This document shows positions 51,666 through 63,655 of a stretch of 64,000 nucleotides of DNA, in pieces; position 1 is the stretch's first letter; every line of letters starts with the position of its first letter. The notes below the pieces were generated by a model. It searched no databases and was not told the origin of the DNA. It saw only the letters and a program-made list of their open reading frames with translations. The position numbers and the translations under genes are program-made. The DNA lies in the NCBI RefSeq assembly GCF_021869535.1, contig NW_026262668.1, positions 85,622,001 through 85,686,000 of the forward strand, read 5' to 3'. Source of the DNA: Mytilus californianus (lineage: Eukaryota).

Positions 51666-53170
51666 TATTTTTGTATCTCTGCTATATTAAGAGATGATAA
51701 AATAATATTAAGCATGGACCTTTTTATCTTATTCACTTTCATGGAAGTTCATTGAACATAAATTCCTGCCACCACTGTCCTTCCTATATTTTACATCGTG
51801 AGGGGTAATATTACTTGGAAGAACACCAGCAGGATTGATGTGAAGGACGCCATGGGTTCAAACCAGCGGATCTGACCTAACGATGAAGGGAGCATTCACT
51901 GACCGTCTGAATATAAGCACTGTCATGGAGTTGCTCTCTTTATTGAAGGTCTTTCATCAACACAGAGGACGAGAAAGGTGATGGTTTCCAATGTCCCGTG
52001 CAGTAATCTTCTCAGAGGAATATAAAAACAACAACAGGTATTGCTTGTTATCTTCAAGGAAAAGATCATTTAGTACTTGCAGATTTGTCAGCGAAAGTTT
52101 TAGGCAGTGAATTTTGCAGAATTGAAATCATGCACTTCGAATTCGTCGTCATCGAACCATTTATTTGTGGTTAGATTGCATATTGTATTAAGATGACAGT
52201 GTTCCGATATCACCACTCCATGATGTAATTAATGTACATGTACGGCAACGTTATACTTGATAATATAATAACCTCAATACGGACGAAGTATAGTTTCTGC
52301 AATATAACTTCTGTTAATCAAACTGTACCGAATTGTGATCATATACAACGCATTTTTTTACATAATCTTTATTCTGAATTGCCATAACGTCATTTGAACA
52401 CAATTTATTTCTTGAACTCAATGCGATATTTTTAATATAGACCACCAATAATTGTAACGGTTCTGAATGCAAATGTTCATAAAATTTACTTTTTTATGTG
52501 CATATCTCCCATAAGAAATGGAACCACTTAACTTCGACATAAACAACTGGGAAAGCGATTACAATGCTGGGGTGGACGGGCACTTTATGCCCTCGCTCCG
52601 CCTTCTGACAGGGGACACAATCTGTTTTCGTTTAGAGTACTCATCAAAGTGCTTGTGAGCCCGAATGTGGTTAAGATATCCTTCAATTTGAATAGTGAAC
52701 TAAAAACTATTATTGTATTTAAAAGCAAAGAAACATGCTTAGGCAATATTTTGAATTGAGTTATCTCCGTTTGTTCATAATTAATGATAGAATACATAAA
52801 TATAATAAATTCGTAGTACATGGATTTTTTCAGCAACTTGTGTCTTAGAAAAGGGTTTTCTTTTCAAGTATCAGGGAAAAACATGCTGCATAAATTGCTT
52901 CAAAAGGCCATGGTTAAGATTTAAAAATTGTTCATCTCCGGACCCTGCATTATGTTGTTTGTATTCACGGGCATCATCAAGAATTGGTTGACCGATATGA
53001 AGCGTATGTGTCGAACAAGAAATATATTTTCGCAGTCTTTGATCTTCAGTTAACAGAGAAGTCAAGACTTGAACATCGATACACTATTGCTGCCTCTAGA
53101 GAAGATGACTTAATATAGAAATATACAGCCTTCTCGTATAACATCAATTCTTCTGTATTGGAATTTGAAG

Positions 53171-53575
53171 TTTTTATGCCCCCGTAGCAGCGAAGGGGCA
53201 TCAAGTTTTACCCTTGCCCGTCTGTACGTACGTACGTACGTCCCAAAATTGGTTTCCGTTCTCTAACCTGAGTTTGCCTCAACCAAACGTTATGAAACTT
53301 ATAGACAATGCTTATTACCACAAAACACAGATCAAGTTTGAATTTTGGTGGCGTCACTTATATCGTTCTAGAGTTATGCCCCTTTATAAATGGAAAAATT
53401 GCAAAATTTTTAGTTTTCATTCTCTAACTTAAGTTTGCCTCAACCAAATGTTATGAAACTTATACACCATGCTTATTACCACAAAACACAGATCAAGTTT
53501 GTATTTTGGTGGCGTCACTTTAACCGTTCTAGAGTAATGCCCCTTTATAAATGGAAAAATTGCAAAAATTTTATT
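53171..53575 (+). mobile_element. HINE family A, 5' part (the array resumes at ~56460-57120 after the family B insertion)
   Basis: TTTTTATGCCCCCGTAGCAGCGAAGGGGCATC head plus ~2.3 monomers. No 3' end appears before family B starts. Confidence 0.8.
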
Positions 53576-53595
53576 TTCTTCTAAATATCAAGTAA

Positions 53596-56380
53596 TTTTT
53601 ATACGACCGCAAAAAAATTTTTGTGGTCGTATATTGGTATGACGTTGGCGTCGTCGTCGTCCGGCGTCGTCGTCGTCGTCGTCGTCGTCGTCCGGCGTCG
53701 TCCGGCGTCGTCCGAAGACACATTGGTTTTCGCACTCTAACTTTAGTTTAAGTGAATGGATCTTTATGAAATTTTACCACAAGGTTCAATACCACAAAAG
53801 GAAGGTTGGGATTGATTTTGGGGGTTATGGTAATAACAGTAAAGGAATTAGGGGCCAAAAAGGGTCCAAAATAAGCATTTTTGTAACTTCCAGACATAAC
53901 TTGTGTGTTAGTGTATGGATCTCTCTGACATTGTACCACAAGGTTCCATATCACTAAAGGAATGCTGGGATTGATTTTGGGGGTAATTGCCTCCAAATTT
54001 TAGGAATTAGGGGCCAAAAAAGGGGCAAAAAACAAGCATTTTTCTAGTTTCATGACAATAACTTGTGTGTAAGTGTATGGATCTTTCTGAAATTGTACTA
54101 CAAGGTTCCATATCACAAAGGGAAAGCTGGGTTTGAGTTTGGGGGTAATTGCCCTAAACGTTTAGGAATTTGGGGCCAAAAAGGGGCCAAAAAACACATT
54201 TTTTTCTAGTTTCCAGACAATAACTTGTGTTCAAGTGTATGGATCTCTCTGAAATTGTACTGCAAGGTACCATACCACAAAGGGAAGGCTGGGATTGAGT
54301 TTGGGGGTGATGAATCAAAATGGGGGTTCAAAAAATTTTGGGGGGGGATTTATTTTTTTTTTCCTTTTTTTTCTTTTTTTCCTTTTTTGTTTCTTTTAAA
54401 ATTTTCCATTTTAAGTTGGTTATTTCTGATTTATATTTAAAATCAAATAATAATGATATGGTAGGAGATACACACCAAACAGGATGTGTAAATTATTATA
54501 TAATAAGTATTGTGCAATAGCAAGAAATTTTCAATTGCACAGTATTGCACAATAGCAAGAAATCTTCAATTGCACAGTATTGCGCAATAGCAAGAAATCT
54601 TCAATTGCACAGTATTGCGCAATAGCAAGAAATATCCAATAGCACAATATTGCGCAATAGCAAGAAATTGTCAATTGTACAGTATTGCGCAATAGCAAGA
54701 AATATTTAATAGCACAGGATTGTGCAAAAGAAGATACTTCCTATAAATTGCTTATTTCTTGACCAATTTCAATGGGGTTTTATTCTTGATTTCATGGGGT
54801 TCTTTAATATGCTGAATATGACCGTGTATTTAGTTTTTGGATTTTGGGCCCCGTTTTTAAATTGGTCCACATTGAGGTCCAAAGGGTCCAAAATTAAACT
54901 TTGTTTGATTTCATCAAAAATTGAACTATTGGGGTTCTTTGATATGCCGAATCTAACTGTGTATTTAGATTCTTAAATTTTGGTTCCGTTTTCAAATTGG
55001 TCTACATTAAGGTCCAAAGGGTCCAAAATTAAACTTAGTTTGATTTTAACAAAAATTGAATTCTTAGGGTTCTTTGATATGCTGAATCTAAACATGTATT
55101 TAGATTTTTGATTATGGGCCCAGTTTTCAAGTTGGTCCAAATCGGGGTCCAAAATTAAACTTTGTTTGATTTCAACAAAAATTGAATATATGGGGTTCTT
55201 TGATATGCTGAATCTAACCATGTATTTAGATTTTTGATTTTTGGGCCCCGTTATCAACTTTGTCCACATTGAGGTCAAAAGGGTCCAAAATTAAACTTTG
55301 TTTGATTTCATCAAAAATTGAATTATTGGGGTTCTTTGATATGCCGAATCTAACCGTGTATTTAGATTCTTAATTTTTGGTTCCGTTTTCAAATTGGTCT
55401 ACATTAAGGTCCAAAGGGTCCAAAATTAAACTTAGTTTGATTTTAACAAAAATTGAATTCTTAGGGTTCTTTGATATGCTGAATCTAAACATGTATTTAG
55501 ATTTTTGATTATGGGCCCAGTTTTCAAGTTGGTCCAAATCGGGGTCCAAAATTAAACTTTGTTTGATTTCAACAAAAATTGAATATATGGGGTTCTTTGA
55601 TATGCTGAATCTAACCATGTATTTAGATTTTTGATTTTTGGGCCCCGTTATCAACTTTGTCCACATTGAGGTCAAAAGGGTCCAAAATTAAACTTTGTTT
55701 GATTTCATCAAAAATTGAATTATTGGGGTTCTTTGATATGCCGAATCTAACCGTGTATTTAGATTCTTAATTTTTGGTTCCGTTTTCAAATTGGTCTACA
55801 TTAAGGTCCAAAGGGTCCAAAATTAAACTTAGTTTGATTTTAACAAAAATTGAATTCTTAGGGTTCTTTGATATGCTGAATCTAAACATGTATTTAGATT
55901 TTTGATTATGGGCCCAGTTTTCAAGTTGGTCCAAATCGGGGTCCAAAATTAAACTTTGTTTGATTTCAACAAAAATTGAATATATGGGGTTCTTTGATAT
56001 GCTGAATCTAACCATGTATTTAGATTTTTGATTTTTGGGCCCCGTTATCAACTTTGTCCACATTGAGGTCAAAAGGGTCCGAAATTAAACTTTGTTTGAT
56101 TTCATCAAAAATTGAATTCTTGGGGTTCTTTGATATGCTGAATCTAACCATGTATTTAGATTTTGAATATCGGACCATAATAGGTGAATGTCCAATTTAA
56201 AATTTTTAAGTTCTTAGACCACATTCAATCTGTGTTAGAAACCTATGCTGTGTCAAATATTTAATCACAATCCAAATCCAAAGCTGTATCAAGCTTGAAT
56301 GTTGTGTCCATACTTCCCCCAACTGTTCAGGGTTCGACCTCTGCGGTCGTATCAAGCTGCGCCCTGCGGAGCATTTTATT
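53596..56380 (+). mobile_element. HINE family B (ATACGACC termini), 2.8 kb, carrying 162-bp, 35-bp and 397-bp tandem arrays
   Basis: 5' hairpin ATACGACC..GGTCGTAT and (CGT)n microsatellite. GTGTATGGAT at 53911, 54073 and 54235 (period 162). 35-bp unit at 54507-54735. GGGTCCAAAATTAAAC at 54884, 55019, 55145, 55281... (135+126+136=397). 3' GCGGTCGTAT subTIR plus GC-rich stem-loop. Confidence 0.92.
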
Positions 56381-56459
56381 AAAAATGGAGTTATCTTCCT
56401 TTGTCCATTATTATAGTTAAATCAACTACAATCAATGCTTTATACAATGCAATGTGTAA

Positions 56460-57120
56460 TTTTGACTTCCACTTATAAAACATAGATCAAGTTGAATTTG
56501 GGTAGTGTCACTTTAACCATTATTGAGTTATGCCCCTTTATTAATCGAAAGATTGCAAAATTTTTAGTTTCCATTCTGTAACTTAAGTTTGCCCCAACCA
56601 AACATTATGAAACCTATACACAATATTCATTACCACAAAACAAAGATCAAGTACAAATTTTTTGTTTCCGTTTTCTAACTTTAGTTTGCCTCAACCAAAT
56701 GTTATGAAACTTATACACAATGCTTATTACTACATAATACAGATTAAGTTCGAAATTTGGTGGCGACTCTTTTACCATTCTTGAGTTATGTCCCTTTATA
56801 AACATGAAAATTGCTGAATTTCTCATTTCCGTTCTCTAACTTTAGTTTGTCTCACCCAAATGTTATAAAACTTATACACAACCGTTCTAGAGTTATGCGT
56901 GTTTACAAATAGAAAAATTGATGAATTTTTGGTTTCTGTTCTCTACTTAAGTTAGCCTCAACCAAATGTTATGAGACATACAAGGCTTATTACCACAAAA
57001 CTCAGATCAAGTTCAAATTTGGGTATCTTCACTTTTACCGTTCTTCATTTATGTCCCTTTATAACTATATGATATGCAAGCGGGGGCATCATCTGTGTCC
57101 ACATGTGGACACTATCCACA
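56460..57120 (+). mobile_element. HINE family A, 3' part with terminal structures
   Basis: Diverged monomers, then GCGGGGGCATCATC and TGTGTCCAC-AT-GTGGACAC at ~57080-57112. Confidence 0.8.
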
Positions 57121-57269
57121 TTTTTTATTTTTAGGCCCTTAACAAAATAAAAGCTCAGAATACAACAGTAGGTCAGGATTATCATATAGGCTTCTCTTAT
57201 TAAAACTACATACTATATTCAAGTTCACTTTTACTTAATATTGGATGCGGGCAACAAATATTGCCACCT

Positions 57270-57620
57270 TTTCAGTCGCGTAATTGCTGTTGGTCGACTT
57301 ATAGTCCGCGAATGTATCATCAGCTCAGTAGTCAGTGCTTTGGTACTGACATAATTAATGACAGTCTTTTTTCAAAATTCTCCGTTGATAAATTAAGAAA
57401 TTACAAAGAAAAAAAGTTTCCAGCGCCTTCAGGCGGAGTTGACCTTTACATTAGATGGATTTAGCGATTCTTTTTATGTCTTCTTGCCACAAAGCTCATA
57501 ACATATTCAAGCACTTCACCCTAATTTTTCAAGTTTTTTGGGTTTTAGCGTTCCCGATGAAGGTAAATTATTAAGAAAAGCGCTTTAAGGACGAATAAAA
57601 TTTATAAAGTGTTGTTTTCA
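57270..57620 (+). mobile_element. Family E repeat (Penelope-like 3' end) with a minimal hammerhead-ribozyme-like motif
   Basis: GCGTTC-CCGATGA-AGGTAAATTATTAA-GAAA-AGCGCT-TTAA-GGACG at ~57548-57592. Homologous to 28750-29062. Confidence 0.65.
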
Positions 57621-57948
57621 TTTCTTAGCTACTATCAGACGAGAATTTATAGTTTCAGATATTTATAAAAGAAACATTGGTTCAGTACTTTCAGGATCAG
57701 TGGAAATTATAAATCCACAATTGTGCTGAGAGAACTAGGTAGCTCTGAGAGGTAGCTACGGCACTTTCAAGACATATTTATATTAATCGGGTATCCCATT
57801 GTATTGCAATACCAAGGAGAGAAGAGTAATGTGACTTGATTGGATAATCTTTACGTATTCGAGGAATTGAACGAATTCGTTAACAGGGTACTTCTTGACA
57901 CCAGATTATGTATCAGGTGCACATCTAATGGAAATGACGATGAAATTA

Positions 57949-59270
57949 TTTTTAGCTCACCTGACCTGAAAGGTCAAGTGAGCTTTTCTCATCACTTTGC
58001 GTCCGTCGTCCGTCGTCCTGCGTCCGTCGTCCGTCGTCCGTCGTCCGTAAACTTTTACAAAAATCTTCTCCTCTGAAACTACTTGGCCAAATTTAACCAA
58101 ACTTGGCCACAATCATCATTGGGGTATCTAGTTTAAAAAATGTGTCCGGTGACCCGGCCAACCAACCAAGATGGCCGCCATGGCTAAAAATAGAACATAG
58201 GGGGAAAATGTAGATTTTGGCTTATATCTCTGAAACCAAAGCATTTAGAGCAAATCTGACATGGGGTAAAATTGTTTATCAGGTCTAGATCTATCTGCCC
58301 TGAAATTTTCAGATGAATCGGACAACCCGTTGTTGGGTTGCTGCCCCTGAATTGGTAATTTTAAGGAAATTTTGCTGTTTTTGGTTATTATCTTGAATAT
58401 TATTATAGATAGAGATAAACTGTAAACGGCAATAATGTTCAGCAATGTAAGATCTACAAATAAGTCAACTTGACCAAAATGGTCAGTTGACCCCTTAAGG
58501 AGTTATTGCCCTTTATAGTCAATTTTTAACCATTTTTCGTAAATTTTTGTTATCTTTTACAAAAATCTTCTCCTCTGAAACTACTAAGACAAATTTAACC
58601 AAACTTGTCCACAATCATCATTAGGGTATCTAGTTTTAAAAATGTGTCCGATGACCCCGCCAACCAACCAAGATGGCCGACATGGCTAAAAAATAGTACA
58701 TAGGGTAAAATGCAGTTTTTGGCTCATATCTCTGAAACCAAAGCATTTAGAGCAAATCTGACGAGATAAAATTGTTTATTAGGTCAAGATCTATCTGCTC
58801 TGAAATTTTCAGACCAATCAGGCAACACGTTGTTGGGTTGCTGCCCCTGAATTGGTCATTTTAAGAAAATTTTGCAGTTTTTGATTATTATCTTGAATAT
58901 TATTATAGATAGAGATAAACTGTAAACGGCAATAATGTACAGCAAAGTAAGATCTACAAATTAGTCAACATGATCAAAATTGTCAATTGTACCCTTAAGG
59001 AGTTATTGCCCTTTATAGTCAATTTTTTACAATTTTCATAAATTTTGTAAATTTTTGTAAATTTTTACATAATATTTTCCACTGTAACTACTGGGCCAAG
59101 TTCATTATAGATAGAGATAATAGTAAGGAGCAAGAATGTCCAGTAAAGTAAGATCTACAAACACATCACCATCACCAAAACACAATTTTGTCATGAATCC
59201 ATCTGTGTCCTTTGTTTGATATGCACATAGACCAAGGTGAGCGACACAGGCTCTTTAGAGCCTCTAGTTT
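57949..59270 (+). mobile_element. HINE family C, full length, 2 x ~500-bp internal units
   Basis: Same termini as 47795-49615. CTTCTCCTCTGAAAC at 58065 and 58567. About 500 bp shorter than the first copy. Confidence 0.92.
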
Positions 59271-59620
59271 CTCGTTCACTTCATCTCAAATAATAGAAAT
59301 TGTATGTTATTCAAAGATCAACTCACTCTGTCCAAATCTTAACCACTTGATTTCTTCACACAAGTCATATTTAAGTTTGCAATTTGAAGAAGATACATTT
59401 AGACACGAACCATTCCTCTCTTCAAGCAAATTGCAGAAATTGGATGATCTGTATGACAACTGCCTAATACGGGTAAACACATGTACATGTACATGCAGTT
59501 GTCTCATTTGGAACCTCCTAGCCATCATTATAGTAATAAAAGAGAAAAAAAAACCACATAGGTGACATAACAATATATACCAAATATTTAGTATGCATCA
59601 TCAAATGATTCAGGGTAAAT

Positions 59621-59689
59621 CCATCTTCGCTAGCCAAGGGTTACGATCCAGGAGGGAAGTGGATCGTAACCCTTGGCTAGCGAAGATGG
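59621..59689. repeat. Perfect 30-bp inverted repeat with a 9-nt loop
   Basis: CCATCTTCGCTAGCCAAGGGTTACGATCCA-GGAGGGAAG-TGGATCGTAACCCTTGGCTAGCGAAGATGG. Confidence 0.95.
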
Positions 59690-60123
59690 GGTAAAATGAA
59701 TACTTTGACAATACTCTCTGTAATCTAAGCTTATGTAAACCATTACAAACGTGAGTTAACAAGAGATCCCTATGTTGACAGTGTGTTTATTCTATATCAC
59801 TTCAAAAGAAAAACCCAAAAAAATCCGTTTATACAGTTATGTTAGCTAAAAGATATCTGGATATTTAGTGTATCCTGATACAAATTAATCATGTCAAATC
59901 TTGCAATACACACCCATCTTGTCCAATATATACCATGTGCAGCAACAAATCACGCAAGTAATAAATCTCACTCAATTAAAGTACTATGTTAAGTCTGTCT
60001 AATATGATATCTTAGTAATATAGTAATATCCTGGATTTAAATACATATATTCTGTTCTTGTTGAATATATTATTGATCTGGCTTTCATCAGCTTGATTTA
60101 TAGCACACAATTCAGATGAAAAG

Positions 60124-60700
60124 CTTTGGTTAGCTCCATTACCGTAATCACTTATACGTTCTTTGGTAAGCTCCAGGACTGTAATCACATCCTAGTTCTT
60201 TGGTGAGCTCCAGGACCGTAATCACTTATGCGTTCTTTGGTAAGTTCCAGGACCGTAATCACTTATGCGTTCTTTGGTAAGTTCCAGGACCGTAATCACA
60301 TCTTACTTCTTTGGTAAGCTCCAGGACCGTAATCGAATTTTCTTTTTTGGTAAACTCCAGGACTGTAATTACATCTTCGTTCTTTTGTTAGCATATGGAC
60401 CGTAATCACACATTGGTTCTTTTGTTGCATTTAACTCCAGGACCGTAATCACATATTCGTTCTTTGGTTAGCATAAGAACCGTAATCACATTTTCGTTCT
60501 TAAGTAAGCCCTAGGACCGTAATTACATCTTCATACGTAGCACAAGGACCGCAATCGCATCTTTGTTCTCTTTGTTACATTTAGTTCCAGGACCGTCATC
60601 ACAACTTCTTTCTCTTGTTACATTTAACTCCAGGACCGTAATCACATCTTCGTTCTTTTTTTATATTTAACTCAGGGCCCGTATTCACATCTTCGTCCTT
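60124..60700. repeat. Degenerate 37-bp minisatellite (continues at 62664-63060 and 63655-63810)
   Basis: Unit GTTCTTTGGTAAGCTCCAGGACCGTAATCACATCTTC; CTTTGGT at 60124, 60161, 60198... Confidence 0.9.
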
Positions 60701-62663
60701 TATTATGTCCCCGCCGTAGCGGAGGGGCATTAAGTTTTACCCTTGTCCGTATGTACGACCGTACGTCCCATAATTGGTTTCCGTTCTCTAACTTTAGTTT
60801 GCCTCAACCAAATGTTATGAAACTTATACACAATACTTTATACCACATAACAGACCAAGTTTGAATTTGGGTGGCGTAACTTTTACCGTTCTACAGTTAT
60901 GACCCTTTACAAATGGAAAAATTGCTGAATATTTCGTTTCCGTTTTCTAACTTTAGTTTGCCTCAACCAAATGTTTTGAAACTTATACACAATGCTTATT
61001 ACCACAAAATACAGATCAAGTTTGAATTTGGGTAGCGTCACTTTTACCATTCTAGAGTTATGCCCCTTTACAAATGGAAAAATCAATGTTTCGTTTTATT
61101 CTCCAACTCAAACAAAAGTTATAAAACTTATGTGCAGTGCTAATCACCACAAAACACAGATCAAGTTTGAATTTTGGTGGCCTCACTTTCACTGCTCTAG
61201 AGTTATGCCCCTTAACAAATAGAAAAATTGCCGATTTTTTCGTTTTTGTTCTCTAACTTAATTTTGCCTCAATGAAATGTTATGAAACTTATACACAATG
61301 CTTTATACCACATAACACAGACCAAGTTTGAATTTGGGTGGCGTAACTTTTACCGTTCTACAGTTATGACCCTTTACAAATGGAAAAATTGCTGAATATT
61401 TCGTTTCCGTTTTCTAACTTTAGTTTGCCTCAACCAAGTGTTTTGAAACTTATACACAATGCTTATTACCACAAAATACAGATCAAGTTTGAATTTGGGT
61501 AGCGTCACTTTTACCATTCTAGAGTTATGCCCCTTTACAAATGGAAAATCAATGTTTCGTTTTATTCTCCAACTCAAACAAAAGTTATAAAACTTATGTG
61601 CAGTGCTAATCACCACAAAACACAGATCAAGTTTGAATTTTGGTGGCCTCACTTTCACTGCTCTAGAGTTATGCCCCTTAACAAATAGAAAAATTGCCGA
61701 ATTTTTCGTTTTTGTTCTCTAACTTTATTTTGCCTCAATGAAATGTTATGAAACTTATACACAATGCTTTATACCACAGAACACAGACCAAGTTTGAATT
61801 TGGGTGGCGTAACTTTTACCGTTCTATAGTTATGACCCTTTACAAATGGAAAAATTGCTGAATATTTCGTTTCAATTTTCTAACTTTAGTTTGCATCAAC
61901 CAAGTGTTTTGAAACTTAAACACAATGCTTATTACCACAAAATACAGATCAAGTTTGAATTTGGGTAGCGTCACTTTTACCATTCTAGAGTTATGCCCCT
62001 TTACAAATGGAAAAATCAATGTTTCGTTTTATTCTCCAACTCAAACAAAAGTTATAAAACTTATGTGCAGTGCTAATCACAACAAAACACAGATCAAGTT
62101 TGAATTTTGGTGGCCTCACTTTCACTGCTCTAGAGTTATGCCCCTTAACAAATAGAAAAATTGCCGAATTTTTCGTTATTGTTCTCCAACTTAATTTTGC
62201 CTCAATGAAATGTTATGAAAGTTATACACAATGCTTTATACCACATAACACAGACCAAGTTTGAATTTGGGTGGCGTAACTCTTACCGTTCTACAGTTAT
62301 GACCCTTTACAAATGGAAAAATTGCTGAATATTTCGTTTCCGTCTTCTAACTTTAGTTTGCCTCAACCAAATATTTTGAAACTTATACACAATGCTTATT
62401 GCCACAAAACACAGATCAAGTTTGAATTTGGGTAGCGTCACTTTTTCCGTTCTACAGTTATGCCCCTTTACAAATGGAAAAAAATGCTGAATTTTTCGTT
62501 TCCGTTCTCTTACTTTACTTTGCCTAAACCAAATGTTGTGAAACTTATGTGCAATGCTTATCACCACAAAACACAGATCAAGTTTGAATTTTGGTGGCCT
62601 CACTTTAACTTTCTAGAGTTATGCCCCTTTACAAATGGAAAAATTGCCGATTTTTTTCGTTTC
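60701..62663 (+). mobile_element. HINE family A with a ~12-monomer array organised as a ~466-bp trimer; 3' end missing
   Basis: Family A head. The diagnostic variant AATCAATGTTTCGTTTTATTCTCC lies at 61081, 61547 and 62014. The array runs directly into the 37-bp minisatellite at ...TCGTTTCC|AGGAC. Confidence 0.9.
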
Positions 62664-63060
62664 CAGGACGTAATCATATTTCGTTCTTTGGTAAGCTCAA
62701 GAACCGTAATCACATCTTCGTTCATTAGTAAGCTCCAGGATCTTTATCACGTTTTCGTTAATTCTTTGGTAAGCTCCAGGACCGTAACCACATCTTCGCT
62801 GGTTTATTAAATTTAGCTCCACGAATGTAATCATATCTTCGTTCTTTGGTATGTTCCAGGATCGTTTTCATTTTTTCATTCTTTGGTAAGCTCCAGGATC
62901 TTTTTGACCTTTTTATTCTTTGGTTAGCTCCAGGACCGTATTCACATTTTCGTTCTTTGGTAAGCTCAGGGACCGTAATCACATTTTCGTTCTTTGGTAA
63001 GCTCAAGGACCTTAATCACTTTTTCGTTCTTTGGTAAGCTTATTGACCGTAATCACCTTT

Positions 63061-63655
63061 TTATTTTTATGCCCCCGCCGTAGCGGAGGCCAGTTTTACC
63101 CTTGTCCGTCTGCACGTCTGTCCGTCAGTACGTCCCGAAATTGGTTTCCGTTCTCTAACTTTAATTTGCCTCAACCAAATGTAATGAAACTTATACACAA
63201 TGCTTATTACCACAAAACACAAATCAAGTTTGAATTTGGGTAGCGTCACTCAGTTTACCATTCTAGAGTTATGCCCCTTTTACAAATGGAAAATTGCTGA
63301 GTTTTTCGTTTCCGTTCTCTAATTTTAGTTTGCTTCAACCAAATGTTATGAATCTTATATACAGTGCTTATTACCACAAAACACAGATCAAGTTTGAATT
63401 TTGGTGGCGTCACTTTTATCGTTCTAGAGTTATGCCCCTTTACAAATGAAAAAAAAATGCTGAATTTTTCGTTTCCGTTCTCTAAACTTGTTTGCCTCGA
63501 CCAAATGTTATGGAATGTATACACAATGCTTATTGCCGTAAAACTCACACCAAACACGAATTTGGGTAGCGTCACTTTTACCGTTCTTGAGTTATTCTCA
63601 TTATAACGTTATAAGCATGCGGGGGCATCATGGGACACAGATTCCCCATTTATTT
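63061..63655 (+). mobile_element. HINE family A, near full length (~3 monomers)
   Basis: Head TTTTTATGCCCCCGCCGTAGCGGAGG; 3' GCGGGGGCATCAT..GGACACA..TTCCCCATTT. Confidence 0.88.

Noticed and set aside
51780-53120. Possible coding exons in a GC-richer stretch (including ORF 52871..53065)
   Set aside because: There are stops in all frames and no consistent splice phases. Only a faint resemblance (HGHHQELVDRYE) to a decayed PLE RT end, too weak to call.
54973-56072. Three near-identical 101-aa ORFs as a tandem gene cluster
   Set aside because: They are spaced exactly 397 bp apart and are chance translations of the satellite unit inside a HINE; no splice or protein-family signal.
60124-60700. 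37-bp repeats as a CRISPR
   Set aside because: The length is CRISPR-like, but these are head-to-tail degenerate monomers with no spacer alternation.
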